From an uncultured Thiomicrospira sp. (GTDB taxonomy: Bacteria > Pseudomonadota > Gammaproteobacteria > CAKMZV01), in assembly GCA_965195345.1 (NCBI GenBank), contig OZ239628.1:384001-448000 (forward strand): a stretch of DNA of 64,000 bases, given 5' to 3'. Position 1 is the stretch's first letter. Each line of letters opens with the position of its first letter. The notes beneath the pieces are model-generated. The model had not been told where the DNA came from and did no database searches. It worked only from the letters and a program-made list of their open reading frames with translations. Position numbers and translations under genes: made by a program. This document shows positions 1 to 13,558 of the stretch, piece after piece.

Positions 1-2
1 GT

Positions 3-2788
<2,786 letters not shown>

Positions 2789-2799
2789 AGACGATTGCG

Positions 2800-3231
2800 A
2801 TGAAAACGTGTGTAACCGATGTTTGTGTGTATGATTGGTTGAATTCTTTGAAGGAACCAGTACGCAAAGCAGATTGTATTCAATTAGTTGGTTTAATGAA
2901 GCAAGTTTGCGATTGTGAACCACGAATGTGGGGGAATAGCATCGTTGGGTTTGGACACTATCATTACAAGTACAGCTCAGGGCATGCAGGCAGCTGGTTT
3001 CTTACGGGCTTTGCATCACGTAAAAATAATCTTGTTGTTTATATTATGGATGGTGTTAACGAATATTCTGATTTACTTGAAAAACTCGATAAAGAAGGGA
3101 AAAAAATAAAGTCGGGTGTATCCTGTCTATATCTTGGTTTATTGAGTCGGTTGGATATGGAGCTACTTGAGCAAGTCATTCGAGTGTCCGTTGATAATAT
3201 GCAAACAATCTACCCTGAAAATCATTGCTGA
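2800..3231 (+). CDS. DUF1801 (YdhG-like) domain protein
   Basis: PRMWGNSIVGFGHYHYKYSSG..GFASRK..YIMDG..GVSCLY pattern typical of DUF1801. Confidence 0.75.
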   Translation: MKTCVTDVCVYDWLNSLKEPVRKADCIQLVGLMKQVCDCEPRMWGNSIVGFGHYHYKYSSGHAGSWFLTGFASRKNNLVVYIMDGVNEYSDLLEKLDKEGKKIKSGVSCLYLGLLSRLDMELLEQVIRVSVDNMQTIYPENHC

Positions 3232-3232
3232 T

Positions 3233-4084
3233 ATGTACGTATCAAGTCTGAATATCTTTCCAGTCAAGTCATTGAGAGGCGTCGCTTTGGAACAAAGTAT
3301 GCTGACTAAAAGAGGATTAGTGGATGATCGATTATGGATGGTAACGGATGCTAATTATGGTTTTATAACACAACGACAAATTCCAAAAATGGCAACTATT
3401 GAGGTCGATCTTTGTGAAAGTGCATTAGTCCTTTCTCATTTAGGGAAATCTCCTTTGATTGTTAAACGTAGTCGGGTATTGCAACACTTGGTATGCGCTC
3501 AAGTTTGGGCGGATAAATGTGCGGCATTTGATGAAGGAGAGCAAGCATCGAAATGGTTGACTGAAATTCTTGGACCGTGGAAAAAAAAACCACTTCGGTT
3601 AGTTCGCTTTGATGATACAAGCATAAGAGAAGTTCACTCTAAATATCTTCAAGGGGAAGAAGCTCACGCAACTTTTGCTGATCAATATCCATTACTAATA
3701 ACTGTAACTTCCAGTCTCCACGCCTTAAACGATAATTTAGTAGAGCGCGGTAATGCACCAATAACGATGGATCGTTTTCGAGCCAATGTTGTTGTCAATT
3801 CAAAACAGCCCTTTACAGAGCACTCACTCGATAATGTTAGAGAAATTAGTGGGCAATATACCATTGGGATGAGGAAAGCTTGCGAGCGATGTTCTATTAC
3901 AACCACCGATCAAGAAAGTGGAGAAATAATTGATGCATTAGAACCTATAAAAACACTGCGCAAAATTAACCCACAACCTAATAAAAAAGGTGCGTATTTT
4001 GGACAAAACGCAACGCTTTTATATGGAGAAGGATGCACTATTAAAGTAGGCGATATGTTGGTCCCGAGTGCGCAGTTGGCGTAA
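3233..4084 (+). CDS. MOSC domain protein (YcbX/mARC-like)
   Basis: IFPVKS, DRLWM, FADQYPLL, RFRANVV and CERC motifs; ATG at 3233 just after the upstream stop is the likelier start. Confidence 0.88.
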   Translation: MYVSSLNIFPVKSLRGVALEQSMLTKRGLVDDRLWMVTDANYGFITQRQIPKMATIEVDLCESALVLSHLGKSPLIVKRSRVLQHLVCAQVWADKCAAFDEGEQASKWLTEILGPWKKKPLRLVRFDDTSIREVHSKYLQGEEAHATFADQYPLLITVTSSLHALNDNLVERGNAPITMDRFRANVVVNSKQPFTEHSLDNVREISGQYTIGMRKACERCSITTTDQESGEIIDALEPIKTLRKINPQPNKKGAYFGQNATLLYGEGCTIKVGDMLVPSAQLA

Positions 4085-4123
4085 TACGTATATATAAATA
4101 TTTAATAAAACGAGAGTTAAAAA

Positions 4124-4588
4124 ATGGAAAAAGCATGTTTTGGAGCAGGGTGTTTTTGGGGTATTCAACAACGGTTTGCTCGTTTAGATGGTGTCATTGA
4201 TACCCAAGTTGGCTATAGTGGGGGGAATACCAACAATCCAACCTATAAGGAAATTTGTTCGGGAACTACCAATCATGCAGAAGTGTGTGAAGTACATTTT
4301 GATCCGCAGAAAAATTCTTTTGAACAGCTTATTGAAGTCTTTTGGAAGATGCATGATCCAACCACGTTAAATCGTCAGGGTCCAGATTTTGGCACGCAAT
4401 ATCGATCGGCTATTTTCACATATAGTGACGAACAAGAACAAATAGCTCAACAGGCAAAAACGGAGGCCGCAAGTCGGTTTAGAAATCCCATAGTGACGCA
4501 AATTGCGCCCATTAATGTTTTTTGGCCAGCTGAAGACTATCATCAACACTATTTTCAGAAGCGCGGCATGGTTGGCGGTTGCCATTAG
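4124..4588 (+). CDS. msrA: Peptide methionine-S-sulfoxide reductase
   Basis: GCFWG active site, HDPT..NRQG.D.GTQYRS and AEDYHQ motifs. Confidence 0.97.
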   Translation: MEKACFGAGCFWGIQQRFARLDGVIDTQVGYSGGNTNNPTYKEICSGTTNHAEVCEVHFDPQKNSFEQLIEVFWKMHDPTTLNRQGPDFGTQYRSAIFTYSDEQEQIAQQAKTEAASRFRNPIVTQIAPINVFWPAEDYHQHYFQKRGMVGGCH

Positions 4589-4663
4589 TGGAGTGCATAT
4601 AAGACGAGCCTCTCTTCGGAGAAGAAGTAGATATGCTATCGGCTGTATGGGCGAAGTGTTCGC

Positions 4664-6622
4664 TTAGCGTATATCCAACACTTGGTTAAGGTCTTGGCAA
4701 ACATTTTGGTCATTGCTATTGCACACCCTAATCGTTATTGTTGAAATGCCCGTTGCTACAGTACTGCTTGCTGCATAGGTAATCCTAGAAAAGGGTGTAG
4801 CAGAAAAGCCACCATTGTCATCCATCGTTGCTATTGATGAATTCGATGCCTCGATACCTTCAGGTAAATTTTGGTATTCAACACTCCATGAGTTGGTTGA
4901 ATCAGGGAAACCTATATCATAAGGCAAAAATGAATAGCTATTAGTAACCGAACTACCACGAACTATCTGACAACCATCTGCGCAAGGCAATCTACTGGTT
5001 ATCCTTACGGGTATTTTCCTAGTAGGAATTATTGGACTTAACCGAAGATCAAACGATATTCTCTCGTCATCAGTATGACGAACGAGATTCTCGACATAAA
5101 CTCCGAGTGCCTCAGCGATATAACCATCAGATGTTAGTGCAATGTTCAATTGATCCGGAAAGCTGTGCTCATACATTCCGATTATCGGGTTGTACCTCAC
5201 AGGAGTGTTTGTCCCTGTGCTGAATTGGACTGAAGCTGGAGAAGCATCTAACAACATATTTCCTTGATAAACCAAGAGTCCATTCACTGAATTAGTAAAT
5301 GATGAATGTCTTAGACTATAGTTGATCGTACTCGCCGCGATATTTTGTATCCATAAATCGCTCGCCCAATACCCTTGAAAATCAATTCTAATTGAATTAT
5401 GGCCTAAGGTGCTGTTCTCAGGATATAAGGTTACACTATATGTCTGAGTCGCCTCATTAGGAGGTGTGGCTTTTATTATTCTTGTTGAAGAACTATCAAA
5501 CCAGCCAGACATATTACGATTAAGTGGATTCAGGATATTGGAAAATATTCTAGATGAACCCATTAAGTCATAGAAATTAAAACTGTGGTTTACACAGATG
5601 TCACCTATGGGGGAAGTTGGACTATTACAGCTTAATAGCGCTGGATGGATGGCATTGCCCTTAGTGTGTATATATTCATGCACTAGAACACTGTCAATGT
5701 TGAAAAAACCATTGTTGCTGCTAATACACTCATCGCTTTGAGTAAATAGAACTTGGTGGCCAAAGCATTGGTCAGTCAATAAAGAGGAAGTAGAGCCATA
5801 AATGCCTATCACCGCAGTTTCGCCATAGCTCGTTCCAGCAATATTCACAGGTTCTTTTGCCGCTCCAGTATTTCCCATCAACCCTCCTGTATCAGTGCTT
5901 TCGTAGACGGCATAAATAATGTCATAATTTTGTGGGATGAACTGATTGGTCTGAACAGCCAAGATCACATCAGCGTTTGTCATCCAATAGTCTGGACCAA
6001 CTCTTGTGGCAGTAATCGTTGATATATTTTCAGCGGATAGGAAATAAGGTCCGAAACTATCAATTGTGCCGACTGACTCTTGATTCAAGCTCGCCGATTC
6101 TAGAAGTGTTCTCGCATTATTACTACCATTGTCTGCAAAACGACTGCTGATGGAAGTGGTTGTCAATCCAGTGGTGCTTCCTGTTTCTTTGAACAAAATA
6201 ACAGCTATACTTTGATCTCGTACAGCATCCTTAATCATTGAGAAACCAGCATTGATTGTTTCATTAAAACTCATGGAGATGGTTAAAGTACCATCAGCGA
6301 GGCTGGCTATATCTATATTTGGAAGCAGGAGTCTTGGGGTAAGTTGCATACCACTGCCATTGACGGTATTAGAGTTTTGGTCAGTAATTGAGTAGGTATA
6401 TCTTGTATCGGAGGGAATATTGCTAAAAATAATATCCAATGAATTTAATGGATATCTAGGAGAAATACTAATCTCTGGCGCGATCTCATTTCGTAGGTCG
6501 ATCATAGGATCAGTGCCATTTCCTAAATTCCCCGAACCGCCTTCTGTGCCGTCTGAACCACCACAACCACTGATGATAAGGAAACTCAAGGTGATAAGCA
6601 GTATTCTATTAAATCTTAACAT
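4664..6622 (-). CDS. Putative lipoprotein zinc metallopeptidase (metzincin-like, M6/M11-like) with Ig-like domains
   Basis: Lipobox LIISGC then Gly/Ser linker; VLVHEYIHTKGNAIH zinc motif; downstream YDLMGS Met-turn-like segment; beta-rich N- and C-terminal regions. Confidence 0.55.
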   Translation of the reverse strand: MLRFNRILLITLSFLIISGCGGSDGTEGGSGNLGNGTDPMIDLRNEIAPEISISPRYPLNSLDIIFSNIPSDTRYTYSITDQNSNTVNGSGMQLTPRLLLPNIDIASLADGTLTISMSFNETINAGFSMIKDAVRDQSIAVILFKETGSTTGLTTTSISSRFADNGSNNARTLLESASLNQESVGTIDSFGPYFLSAENISTITATRVGPDYWMTNADVILAVQTNQFIPQNYDIIYAVYESTDTGGLMGNTGAAKEPVNIAGTSYGETAVIGIYGSTSSLLTDQCFGHQVLFTQSDECISSNNGFFNIDSVLVHEYIHTKGNAIHPALLSCNSPTSPIGDICVNHSFNFYDLMGSSRIFSNILNPLNRNMSGWFDSSSTRIIKATPPNEATQTYSVTLYPENSTLGHNSIRIDFQGYWASDLWIQNIAASTINYSLRHSSFTNSVNGLLVYQGNMLLDASPASVQFSTGTNTPVRYNPIIGMYEHSFPDQLNIALTSDGYIAEALGVYVENLVRHTDDERISFDLRLSPIIPTRKIPVRITSRLPCADGCQIVRGSSVTNSYSFLPYDIGFPDSTNSWSVEYQNLPEGIEASNSSIATMDDNGGFSATPFSRITYAASSTVATGISTITIRVCNSNDQNVCQDLNQVLDIR

Positions 6623-6734
6623 TCGTATTTTGAAAATAATGAACTATCTTTATTAATAACTCTGTGCCTCCACAAGCAGTACATTGTACAGGATATACTT
6701 TTTAACTGCCCTTAGTTTAAAGATTAAGGATTTT

Positions 6735-9164
6735 TCAGCTTTTCAGACGAGCATTGTCGGGGTCAAAAACAGGATTTAGTTCAACGTGACCATGGCGCAT
6801 GCCAAGTGTTGTTAGCACTTGTAAAGGCAAAGATTGTTGATTTATTTCAGGCGAAACATAAGCAAAAGCGAGACTGCGCCCGACACGATGACCAAATGCG
6901 CCACTGGTTGTCAAGCCAACAAGGATACCCTCAGAATAGACGGCCTCGTTGCCCCAGCATTCGCAAGGAATGTCATCATCAAAAACAATAAAGACTAATT
7001 GCTGATCAACGCTGTTTTGCATACGTTGAACGAGATTGTCTCGACCAATAAAATCTCGGGATGTATCAACAAATCTTTGCATTCCAGCTTCTACTGCGCT
7101 TATTTCTTCAGTGAATTCATGCCCCCAAGCACGATAGGCTTTTTCCATGCGCATGCAATTCATGGTGTATCCGCCAAAGTGGCAGAGACCTTTACTTTCT
7201 GAGCAGACTTTTTCCCCTGCCTGTTGCAGTGATTCATAAATTGACATCAATTGCCAAGTGGGCATGTGCAACTCGTAGCCTAACTCGCCAACATAGGATA
7301 CCCGTGTTAGCTGCACAGAGGCACTGTCGAATATTACATTTTTAGAGGAAAGCCAAGGCATAGCGGCGTTTGATAAATCTGCTTCAGTACAATGTTGTAA
7401 TACATCGCGTGATTTTGGACCTGTAACTAAAACGGCACCTATTGAGTCAGTAACGTTCTCTAAATGAATGTTAAAGTTTTTTGCATGCGTTTGCAACCAA
7501 TGAAAATCACGATGCTCAGCGGCGATTGCGCTTTGTAAATAGTAGTTTTCTTCATCAATGCAAGTAATGGATAATTCGGATACGATGCCACCATTTCGGT
7601 TATGTAGTAAGGTTAATCCGATGCGCCCTTTTTTTGGTAATTTATTAGCAGATAATTGATTTAAAAATATATTTGCATCTTTACCAGTCACTTTAAACTT
7701 CGCTGATCCAGATACATCAGATATTCCAGCTGAATTGTGAATTGTTTGACATTCTTGGGCAACGGCATAGTGCGCTTCACTGCGAGACCATGTAGATGCT
7801 TCTTTTGGTGTTTCAAGTGTCTTAAACCATAAGGGTTTCTCGTAACCTTGTACAACCCCGTGTTCAGCACCATTAGCAGCCAATTCAGCATAGAGCGGAC
7901 TAGTACGTTTTGCGCGGGCAACGTGTCGGTTTTCATTAGCGCCCATAGCAGTGTACATAACCTCATAAGATTCAATGCCTTTTGTAATGCAATAGTCTTG
8001 ATCTGCCCAATTACTAAAACGGCGAGAATCGAGGGGTGCCATATTGATTTCAGTTTGTCCGTGTACCATCCACTGCGCCATAAACTTGCCAACTCCACCC
8101 TGAGCAATGCCGATGCTTGATCCGCATAAATTCCAAAAATTTTGTAGCCCTGCTTGTGGACCCGCTAATAAGTTATCATCTGGTGTGTGTGTAATCGGAC
8201 CGTTGATGATAGTGCTAACACCGACTTCAGCAAAGGCAGGAGTGAGTTCCATGCAACGTTCAAGAAAAGGCATTAATCTTGTTAAATCGCCTTGAAATAA
8301 CTCCCGATCAAAGCCCCAGTCGACGCCATTCAAAGCCCATGGTTTTGATCCAAATGTTTCGTAAGGACCAACTAAAAAGCCGTCCCCTTCTTGACGAATG
8401 TATGAACATGAATAAGAGTCGCGGCATACTGGAAGCTCAAAATCAAGCGCTTTAATTGCTTCGTGCGCGTCTGTGACTAAATATTGGTGCTCCAAATTTA
8501 CAATTGGTAATTGCACACCTACCATATTAGCAACTTGAGGGGCAAAACAACCTGCCGCATTGACCACATGTTCGGCAATAATGGTGCCTTTTTCAGTCAC
8601 TACTTGCCACTCACCGCTATCTAGTGGATTGATTTCTAAAACTCTATTAAAGCGTTCAATAGTTGCACCGTTAGCGCGTGCCAATTGCGATAAAGGCATA
8701 ACTACAGAGGTCGGATCCACATGCCCATCATCTGGGGTGCTGACGATGGTGCGCGCACGTGAGAAATCCATTAAAGGGTTTAATTCTTGAGCCTCTTCTT
8801 TGCTAATAAAGTTAAAAGCACAGGGAACGTTTTTAGAACGACTCAACAAATTGTTAAACCATTCTTCTTCCAATGCGCTGTAACCAATTCTCAAACTGCC
8901 TGTCGTATGAAATGGCGTTGGTTCACCTGTTTCTTTGGGAAGAATGTCTCTATACAATTCAATCGAATATTGATGGATTTTTGCCACCGTCATGTTGCCA
9001 ATAAAATTGGAGCAAAGACCCGCAGCATGCCAAGTTGATCCGCTTGTAATTTCGCCTTTTTCAACAAGCATGACATCAGTCCAGCCTTCTTTGGTGAGGT
9101 GATAAAGCAGACTTACTCCAAGGGATCCTCCACCAATGATTAAAACTTGAGTATGTGTTTTCAT
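6735..9164 (-). CDS. GcvT-family FAD-dependent oxidoreductase (dimethylglycine/sarcosine dehydrogenase-like)
   Basis: IIGGG FAD motif, GSTWHAAG covalent-FAD motif, NGPITHTPD, and a C-terminal THF-binding GcvT domain (RVSYVGELGYELH, RMEKAY). Confidence 0.9.
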   Translation of the reverse strand: MKTHTQVLIIGGGSLGVSLLYHLTKEGWTDVMLVEKGEITSGSTWHAAGLCSNFIGNMTVAKIHQYSIELYRDILPKETGEPTPFHTTGSLRIGYSALEEEWFNNLLSRSKNVPCAFNFISKEEAQELNPLMDFSRARTIVSTPDDGHVDPTSVVMPLSQLARANGATIERFNRVLEINPLDSGEWQVVTEKGTIIAEHVVNAAGCFAPQVANMVGVQLPIVNLEHQYLVTDAHEAIKALDFELPVCRDSYSCSYIRQEGDGFLVGPYETFGSKPWALNGVDWGFDRELFQGDLTRLMPFLERCMELTPAFAEVGVSTIINGPITHTPDDNLLAGPQAGLQNFWNLCGSSIGIAQGGVGKFMAQWMVHGQTEINMAPLDSRRFSNWADQDYCITKGIESYEVMYTAMGANENRHVARAKRTSPLYAELAANGAEHGVVQGYEKPLWFKTLETPKEASTWSRSEAHYAVAQECQTIHNSAGISDVSGSAKFKVTGKDANIFLNQLSANKLPKKGRIGLTLLHNRNGGIVSELSITCIDEENYYLQSAIAAEHRDFHWLQTHAKNFNIHLENVTDSIGAVLVTGPKSRDVLQHCTEADLSNAAMPWLSSKNVIFDSASVQLTRVSYVGELGYELHMPTWQLMSIYESLQQAGEKVCSESKGLCHFGGYTMNCMRMEKAYRAWGHEFTEEISAVEAGMQRFVDTSRDFIGRDNLVQRMQNSVDQQLVFIVFDDDIPCECWGNEAVYSEGILVGLTTSGAFGHRVGRSLAFAYVSPEINQQSLPLQVLTTLGMRHGHVELNPVFDPDNARLKS

Positions 9165-9289
9165 GAGTCGTTATTTAGATTTTGTACGCATTATACGCAT
9201 TTAGAATTGTCACATAAAAGCGTTTTTTGTACGATTGATTACAATCAGTATGCAGAATTGGGAACCGCAGATGCGGCATAAGCTCAAAA

Positions 9290-10672
9290 TTAAAGCGATT
9301 TTAAAACTTCATCAAGGCATGTTTGAGCATTGCCAAATAACATACGAGTGTTAGGCATATAAAACAAAGGATTATCAACGCCAGCATAGCCAGTTGCCAT
9401 TGATCGTTTAAGCACAACACAAGTCTGACTTTTCCATACTTCAAGTACAGGCATGCCAGCAATAGGACTATCGGGTTGATCTAAAGCAGATGGATTGACG
9501 ATATCATTCGCACCAACAACTATCGTGACGTCAACATTTGGAAAATCATCGTTAATTTCTTCCATTTCAAAAACAATATCATAAGGTACTTTTGCCTCAG
9601 CTAACAGAACGTTCATATGTCCAGGCATACGACCAGCAACAGGATGAATAGCAAAACGTACATCAATGTCTTTCTTTTTAAGTGTTTTGGTGATCTCGGA
9701 AACCGTGTGCTGCGCTTGTGCTACAGCCATACCATAGCCAGGAACGATGACTACTCGTTTGGCGTTTTTGAGAAGTTCTGCCACTTCGTTGGCATCGGTT
9801 GGTGTTACTTCGCCCTCAATTTTAGTCGCTGCTGAAGGTTTGGAAATGCCAAAGCCACCAGAAATCACAGAGAGAAAATTACGATTCATTGCTTTACACA
9901 TGATGTAGCTAAGGATCGCACCAGAAGAACCTACCAGCGCACCAGTCAAAATAAGCAAATCATTGCTTAACATGAAGCCCATAGCAGAAGCTGCCCATCC
10001 TGAATAGCTGTTAAGCATAGAAATGACCACAGGCATGTCTGCGCCACCTATTGAGGCAACGAGATGAATGCCCAAGATCAAAGCCATAACCGTTACTAAA
10101 ATAAGCCAAATAAGTGCAGTATTTGAATCTGCTGTCGAGACAAATTGAATGCATCCATAAATGGCTACTGCAATAATTATTAAATTTATGACATGTTTTA
10201 AGGGCAATACTAAAGGATTACCGCTTATCTTAGCACTTAACTTGAGATAAGCAACGATTGACCCTGAAAAAGTAATTGCACCGATAAGAATACCAATACT
10301 TGTTTCAACCAGATTAATAGTGTATTCGACACCTACGTGCTTAATAATTGGGTCAAAGAAGTTCCCAAAACCAACGAGAATAGCAGCCATGCCTACAAGG
10401 CTATGGAGGACAGCTACAAGCTCTGGCATTTGGGTCATTTGTACTTTACGTGCCAATACAACGCCAATCGTTCCGCCAACGACCAGCCCCCCAATAAGAA
10501 TTACAATGTTATTGGAAGTGAGCGCAACGGTTGCTACTATAGCGAGTGCCATACCAATCATACCGTACAGATTGCCTAATCGAGCGGTTTCAGGGTGGCT
10601 GAGACCACGAAGAGTTAGTATAAATAAAATGGCGGCGCCAAGATAAGTAGCAGTTACTAAAGTTTCTAACAT
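9290..10672 (-). CDS. pntB: NAD(P) transhydrogenase beta subunit
   Basis: [41 protein letters not shown] and [18 protein letters not shown] motifs. Confidence 0.98.
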   Translation of the reverse strand: MLETLVTATYLGAAILFILTLRGLSHPETARLGNLYGMIGMALAIVATVALTSNNIVILIGGLVVGGTIGVVLARKVQMTQMPELVAVLHSLVGMAAILVGFGNFFDPIIKHVGVEYTINLVETSIGILIGAITFSGSIVAYLKLSAKISGNPLVLPLKHVINLIIIAVAIYGCIQFVSTADSNTALIWLILVTVMALILGIHLVASIGGADMPVVISMLNSYSGWAASAMGFMLSNDLLILTGALVGSSGAILSYIMCKAMNRNFLSVISGGFGISKPSAATKIEGEVTPTDANEVAELLKNAKRVVIVPGYGMAVAQAQHTVSEITKTLKKKDIDVRFAIHPVAGRMPGHMNVLLAEAKVPYDIVFEMEEINDDFPNVDVTIVVGANDIVNPSALDQPDSPIAGMPVLEVWKSQTCVVLKRSMATGYAGVDNPLFYMPNTRMLFGNAQTCLDEVLKSL

Positions 10673-10709
10673 TATTCTTCCCAGATATTAATTTATTCGT
10701 TTAATTGGA

Positions 10710-12266
10710 TTATCTTTGAAACATGCCAAGCATGCGTTTGGTTACAGCAAAACCGCCAAAGATATTGATAGCAGTGATCGTACAGGCAATAGCAGCAAGT
10801 ATCAACACGATGTTTTGTTGAGAATCTATTTGTAAGACAGCTCCGACAATGATGATACTACTAATGGCATTGGTGACACTCATCAATGGCGTGTGTAGTG
10901 CTGGTGTCACATTCCAAACAACCATGTAGCCAATGAAGCAAGATAATATAAATACGGTAAAGTGTGCCATAAAGGACGCAGGTGCTGTCAAACCGACTCC
11001 AACCAAACACAACGCCCCCAATACAAATGCCCATGCAGACTTATTGGATGATTCAGGTTTTTCAGGGACAACAGGTATTTCCTTTGGTTTTGCAACTGGT
11101 GGAGCAGATACTTTCACTTCGGGAGGTGGCCAAGTAACTTTGCCATCGTGTACAACTGTCAAGCCACGAATAACGTCATCTTCCATATCAACTACGAGCA
11201 TTCCGTCTTTTTCTGGACACATGTCATTAAGAAGATGGCGAACATTGGTTGCGTAAAGTTGGCTCGCTTGTGTTGGCATACGACTGGGCAGGTCTGTGTA
11301 ACCAATAATGCTAACCCCATTTTTGACGACTACCTTATCCATTTGAGTGAGTTCGCAATTGCCGCCTTGTTCGGCAGCCAAGTCAACAATAACACTGCCA
11401 TTTTTCATGAGTGCAACAGTATCCGCTGTAATTAACTTAGGTGCAGGGCGTCCAGGAATGAGGGCAGTGGTAATGATAATGTCGACTTCTTTTGCTTGTT
11501 CAGCAAACAATGCCATTTCAGCCTTAATAAATTCATCACTCATTACTTTGGCATATCCACCTTCACCAGAGCCATCTTCTTCAAACGCCAATTCGAGAAA
11601 CTCAGCGCCCATGCTTTCAACCTGCTCTTTAACTTCAAGGCGCGTATCAAAAGCACGAACTATTGCCCCCATGCTGCCAGCCACACCAATAGAAGCAAGA
11701 CCAGCCACACCCACTCCAATGACCATTACTTTAGCGGGTTGAACCTTTCCAGCAGCGGTGATTTGTCCTGCAAAAAAACGGCCAAAATGTTGAGCGGCTT
11801 CAATAACTGCTCGATAACCTGCAATATTTGCAGTCGAGCTTCTAGCGTCAAGTTTTTGTGCTCTGGAGATTCTTGGAACATTGTCCATTGCCAAAGCCAA
11901 TAATCCTTTTTCCGCAAATTTTTTCAATAAATCTGGATTTTGGGCGGGCCAGATATGGGTAATTAGTGTTTGTCCTTTTTTAAGAAGATCAATTTCTTCA
12001 CAACCGAGATTTGACTGGAAACCTAATTCACCGACTTTAATAATAATGTCGTTGTTCTCCCATAAAGAACGCGCGCAGGAATCAATAGTGGCACCGGCTT
12101 CTTGATAGTCTGCATCACTGTATTTCGCTTCTTTCCCAGCGTCCTTTTCCACATTGACTTGAAAACCAAGTTTGATTAAATGAACGACCACTTCAGGGGT
12201 GATGGATACCCGTTTTTCCGCCGGGTTGGTCTCAAGTGGGATTCCAATTTTCATTCCAGAACTCAT
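10710..12266 (-). CDS. pntA: NAD(P) transhydrogenase alpha subunit
   Basis: EKRV..TP, RISRAQ, AGYRAV, GVGVAGL and LHTPLMSVTNAIS motifs; start placed at ATG 12266 downstream of a GAGG RBS. Confidence 0.97.
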   Translation of the reverse strand: MSSGMKIGIPLETNPAEKRVSITPEVVVHLIKLGFQVNVEKDAGKEAKYSDADYQEAGATIDSCARSLWENNDIIIKVGELGFQSNLGCEEIDLLKKGQTLITHIWPAQNPDLLKKFAEKGLLALAMDNVPRISRAQKLDARSSTANIAGYRAVIEAAQHFGRFFAGQITAAGKVQPAKVMVIGVGVAGLASIGVAGSMGAIVRAFDTRLEVKEQVESMGAEFLELAFEEDGSGEGGYAKVMSDEFIKAEMALFAEQAKEVDIIITTALIPGRPAPKLITADTVALMKNGSVIVDLAAEQGGNCELTQMDKVVVKNGVSIIGYTDLPSRMPTQASQLYATNVRHLLNDMCPEKDGMLVVDMEDDVIRGLTVVHDGKVTWPPPEVKVSAPPVAKPKEIPVVPEKPESSNKSAWAFVLGALCLVGVGLTAPASFMAHFTVFILSCFIGYMVVWNVTPALHTPLMSVTNAISSIIIVGAVLQIDSQQNIVLILAAIACTITAINIFGGFAVTKRMLGMFQR

Positions 12267-12608
12267 GTTAACCTCTTGTAAAAATCTTTCCTGTGTTTGG
12301 TAATGCGTATTCAACGTATTTGTATTTCAGCATGCAGCAAAAACTTATCCGTTACGCGTTTTGGTATTGCCTCTATAGGCAAAGGGTTGGGTATTTTACT
12401 TTGTTCTGGCATGTTAGTTGGGTCAAAAAACGACAGTCATCAAAAAATTGCATTGGAAGACTTATGAAAAACATTTTGGTTACATCTTACAAAAAGCTGT
12501 TTTAAATTTAATTTAGCAGTAATTTCAAATGAAATGACGAGGCTATAGAAAGTAATAAAATTTGCGCTTTTAGTCGAGTACCGACTCAGATTATTAAATC
12601 TCTACTAT

Positions 12609-12663
12609 GCATTGTGCACAACGCGCTACTCGTTTCTCACATCAACTATATTGGTACTATAAT
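12609..12663 (+). promoter_or_regulatory. Putative sigma70 promoter of the fdh operon with an upstream palindromic operator
   Basis: TATAAT at 12658-12663, weak -35 TTCTCA, perfect palindrome TTGTGCACAA at 12612-12621. Confidence 0.4.
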
Positions 12664-12709
12664 GCGCTATATATTTTTTTAATTTTTCAATTTAAAATAT
12701 GTAGTAGTT

Positions 12710-13516
12710 ATGACGGTGCAAAAATTTGACATAAAGGTTTTTGAAAAGGGCGTAATGTCGAGACGCGCTGTTGAACCTGTGGCAATTGAAAGCGCAGTAA
12801 GCATCACAGTTTATGAACGAGACGAAGAACATGTTTTGGTTACTACTTTATGCACGCCGTGTGATTTAAAGCAGATGGTTTTGGGTTTTTTGTTTTCGGA
12901 AGGTTTAATCAGCAGACATTCCGATGTTAATATTACTTTTAACGATACCAACCCTTTTCAAGCGCAAGTGAGATTCGTGCAAAAGGTTCATTGGAAGCAA
13001 TCTATACGATCTTTTGTGCAACATGGCGGTTGTGGTTTATGCAGTAAAGCAGTGTTGGAAAAAATTAATAAGCCAGTGCAAGGAATGGCAAAAGAAGCGA
13101 GGCTGCAAGTATTAACTCCAAGTAATATTATTCATCTTTATCAGCAGTTATCCCTCAAGCAACCACTATTCTCTGATACTGGAGGGACACACGCTGCAGC
13201 ACTATTCGATTTTAAGGGTAAGATTCTGGGTGTTTATGAAGATGTGGGTCGACATAATGCAGTTGATAAAGCAATCGGACATGCTTTACAAAATGATTGG
13301 GAAATTCATAATAAAATTTTATGGGTGAGTGGGCGCGCAGGATTTGAATTGGTTCAAAAGGCAGTGAATGCCAATTTTGCTGTGATGTTATCAATTGGAG
13401 CGCCTACGTCGATGGCGGTCGAATTGGCAGCGGGAACGGGATTGGTGTTAATTGGGTTTTTTAAATATGGAGAGGAAGGGCTCTCTGATAGTTCGTATAA
13501 CATTTATAATGAATAA
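12710..13516 (+). CDS. fdhD: Formate dehydrogenase accessory sulfurtransferase FdhD/FdsC
   Basis: GFLFSEG, CGLC, TGGTHAAALF, EDVGRHNAVDK and SGRAGFELVQKA motifs. Confidence 0.95.
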   Translation: MTVQKFDIKVFEKGVMSRRAVEPVAIESAVSITVYERDEEHVLVTTLCTPCDLKQMVLGFLFSEGLISRHSDVNITFNDTNPFQAQVRFVQKVHWKQSIRSFVQHGGCGLCSKAVLEKINKPVQGMAKEARLQVLTPSNIIHLYQQLSLKQPLFSDTGGTHAAALFDFKGKILGVYEDVGRHNAVDKAIGHALQNDWEIHNKILWVSGRAGFELVQKAVNANFAVMLSIGAPTSMAVELAAGTGLVLIGFFKYGEEGLSDSSYNIYNE

Positions 13517-13558
13517 TTATGTAAATTAGAATATTTTTGATTTGTTTTTCAAACTAAA

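Noticed and set aside
4593-4640. Hairpin with a C-UUCG-G loop between msrA and the peptidase gene
   Set aside because: Short, imperfect and single-copy; most simply a transcript-end structure between convergent genes.
12640-12680. ModE box upstream of fdhD
   Set aside because: Only a half-site (CGCTATATA) is present, with no matching second half.
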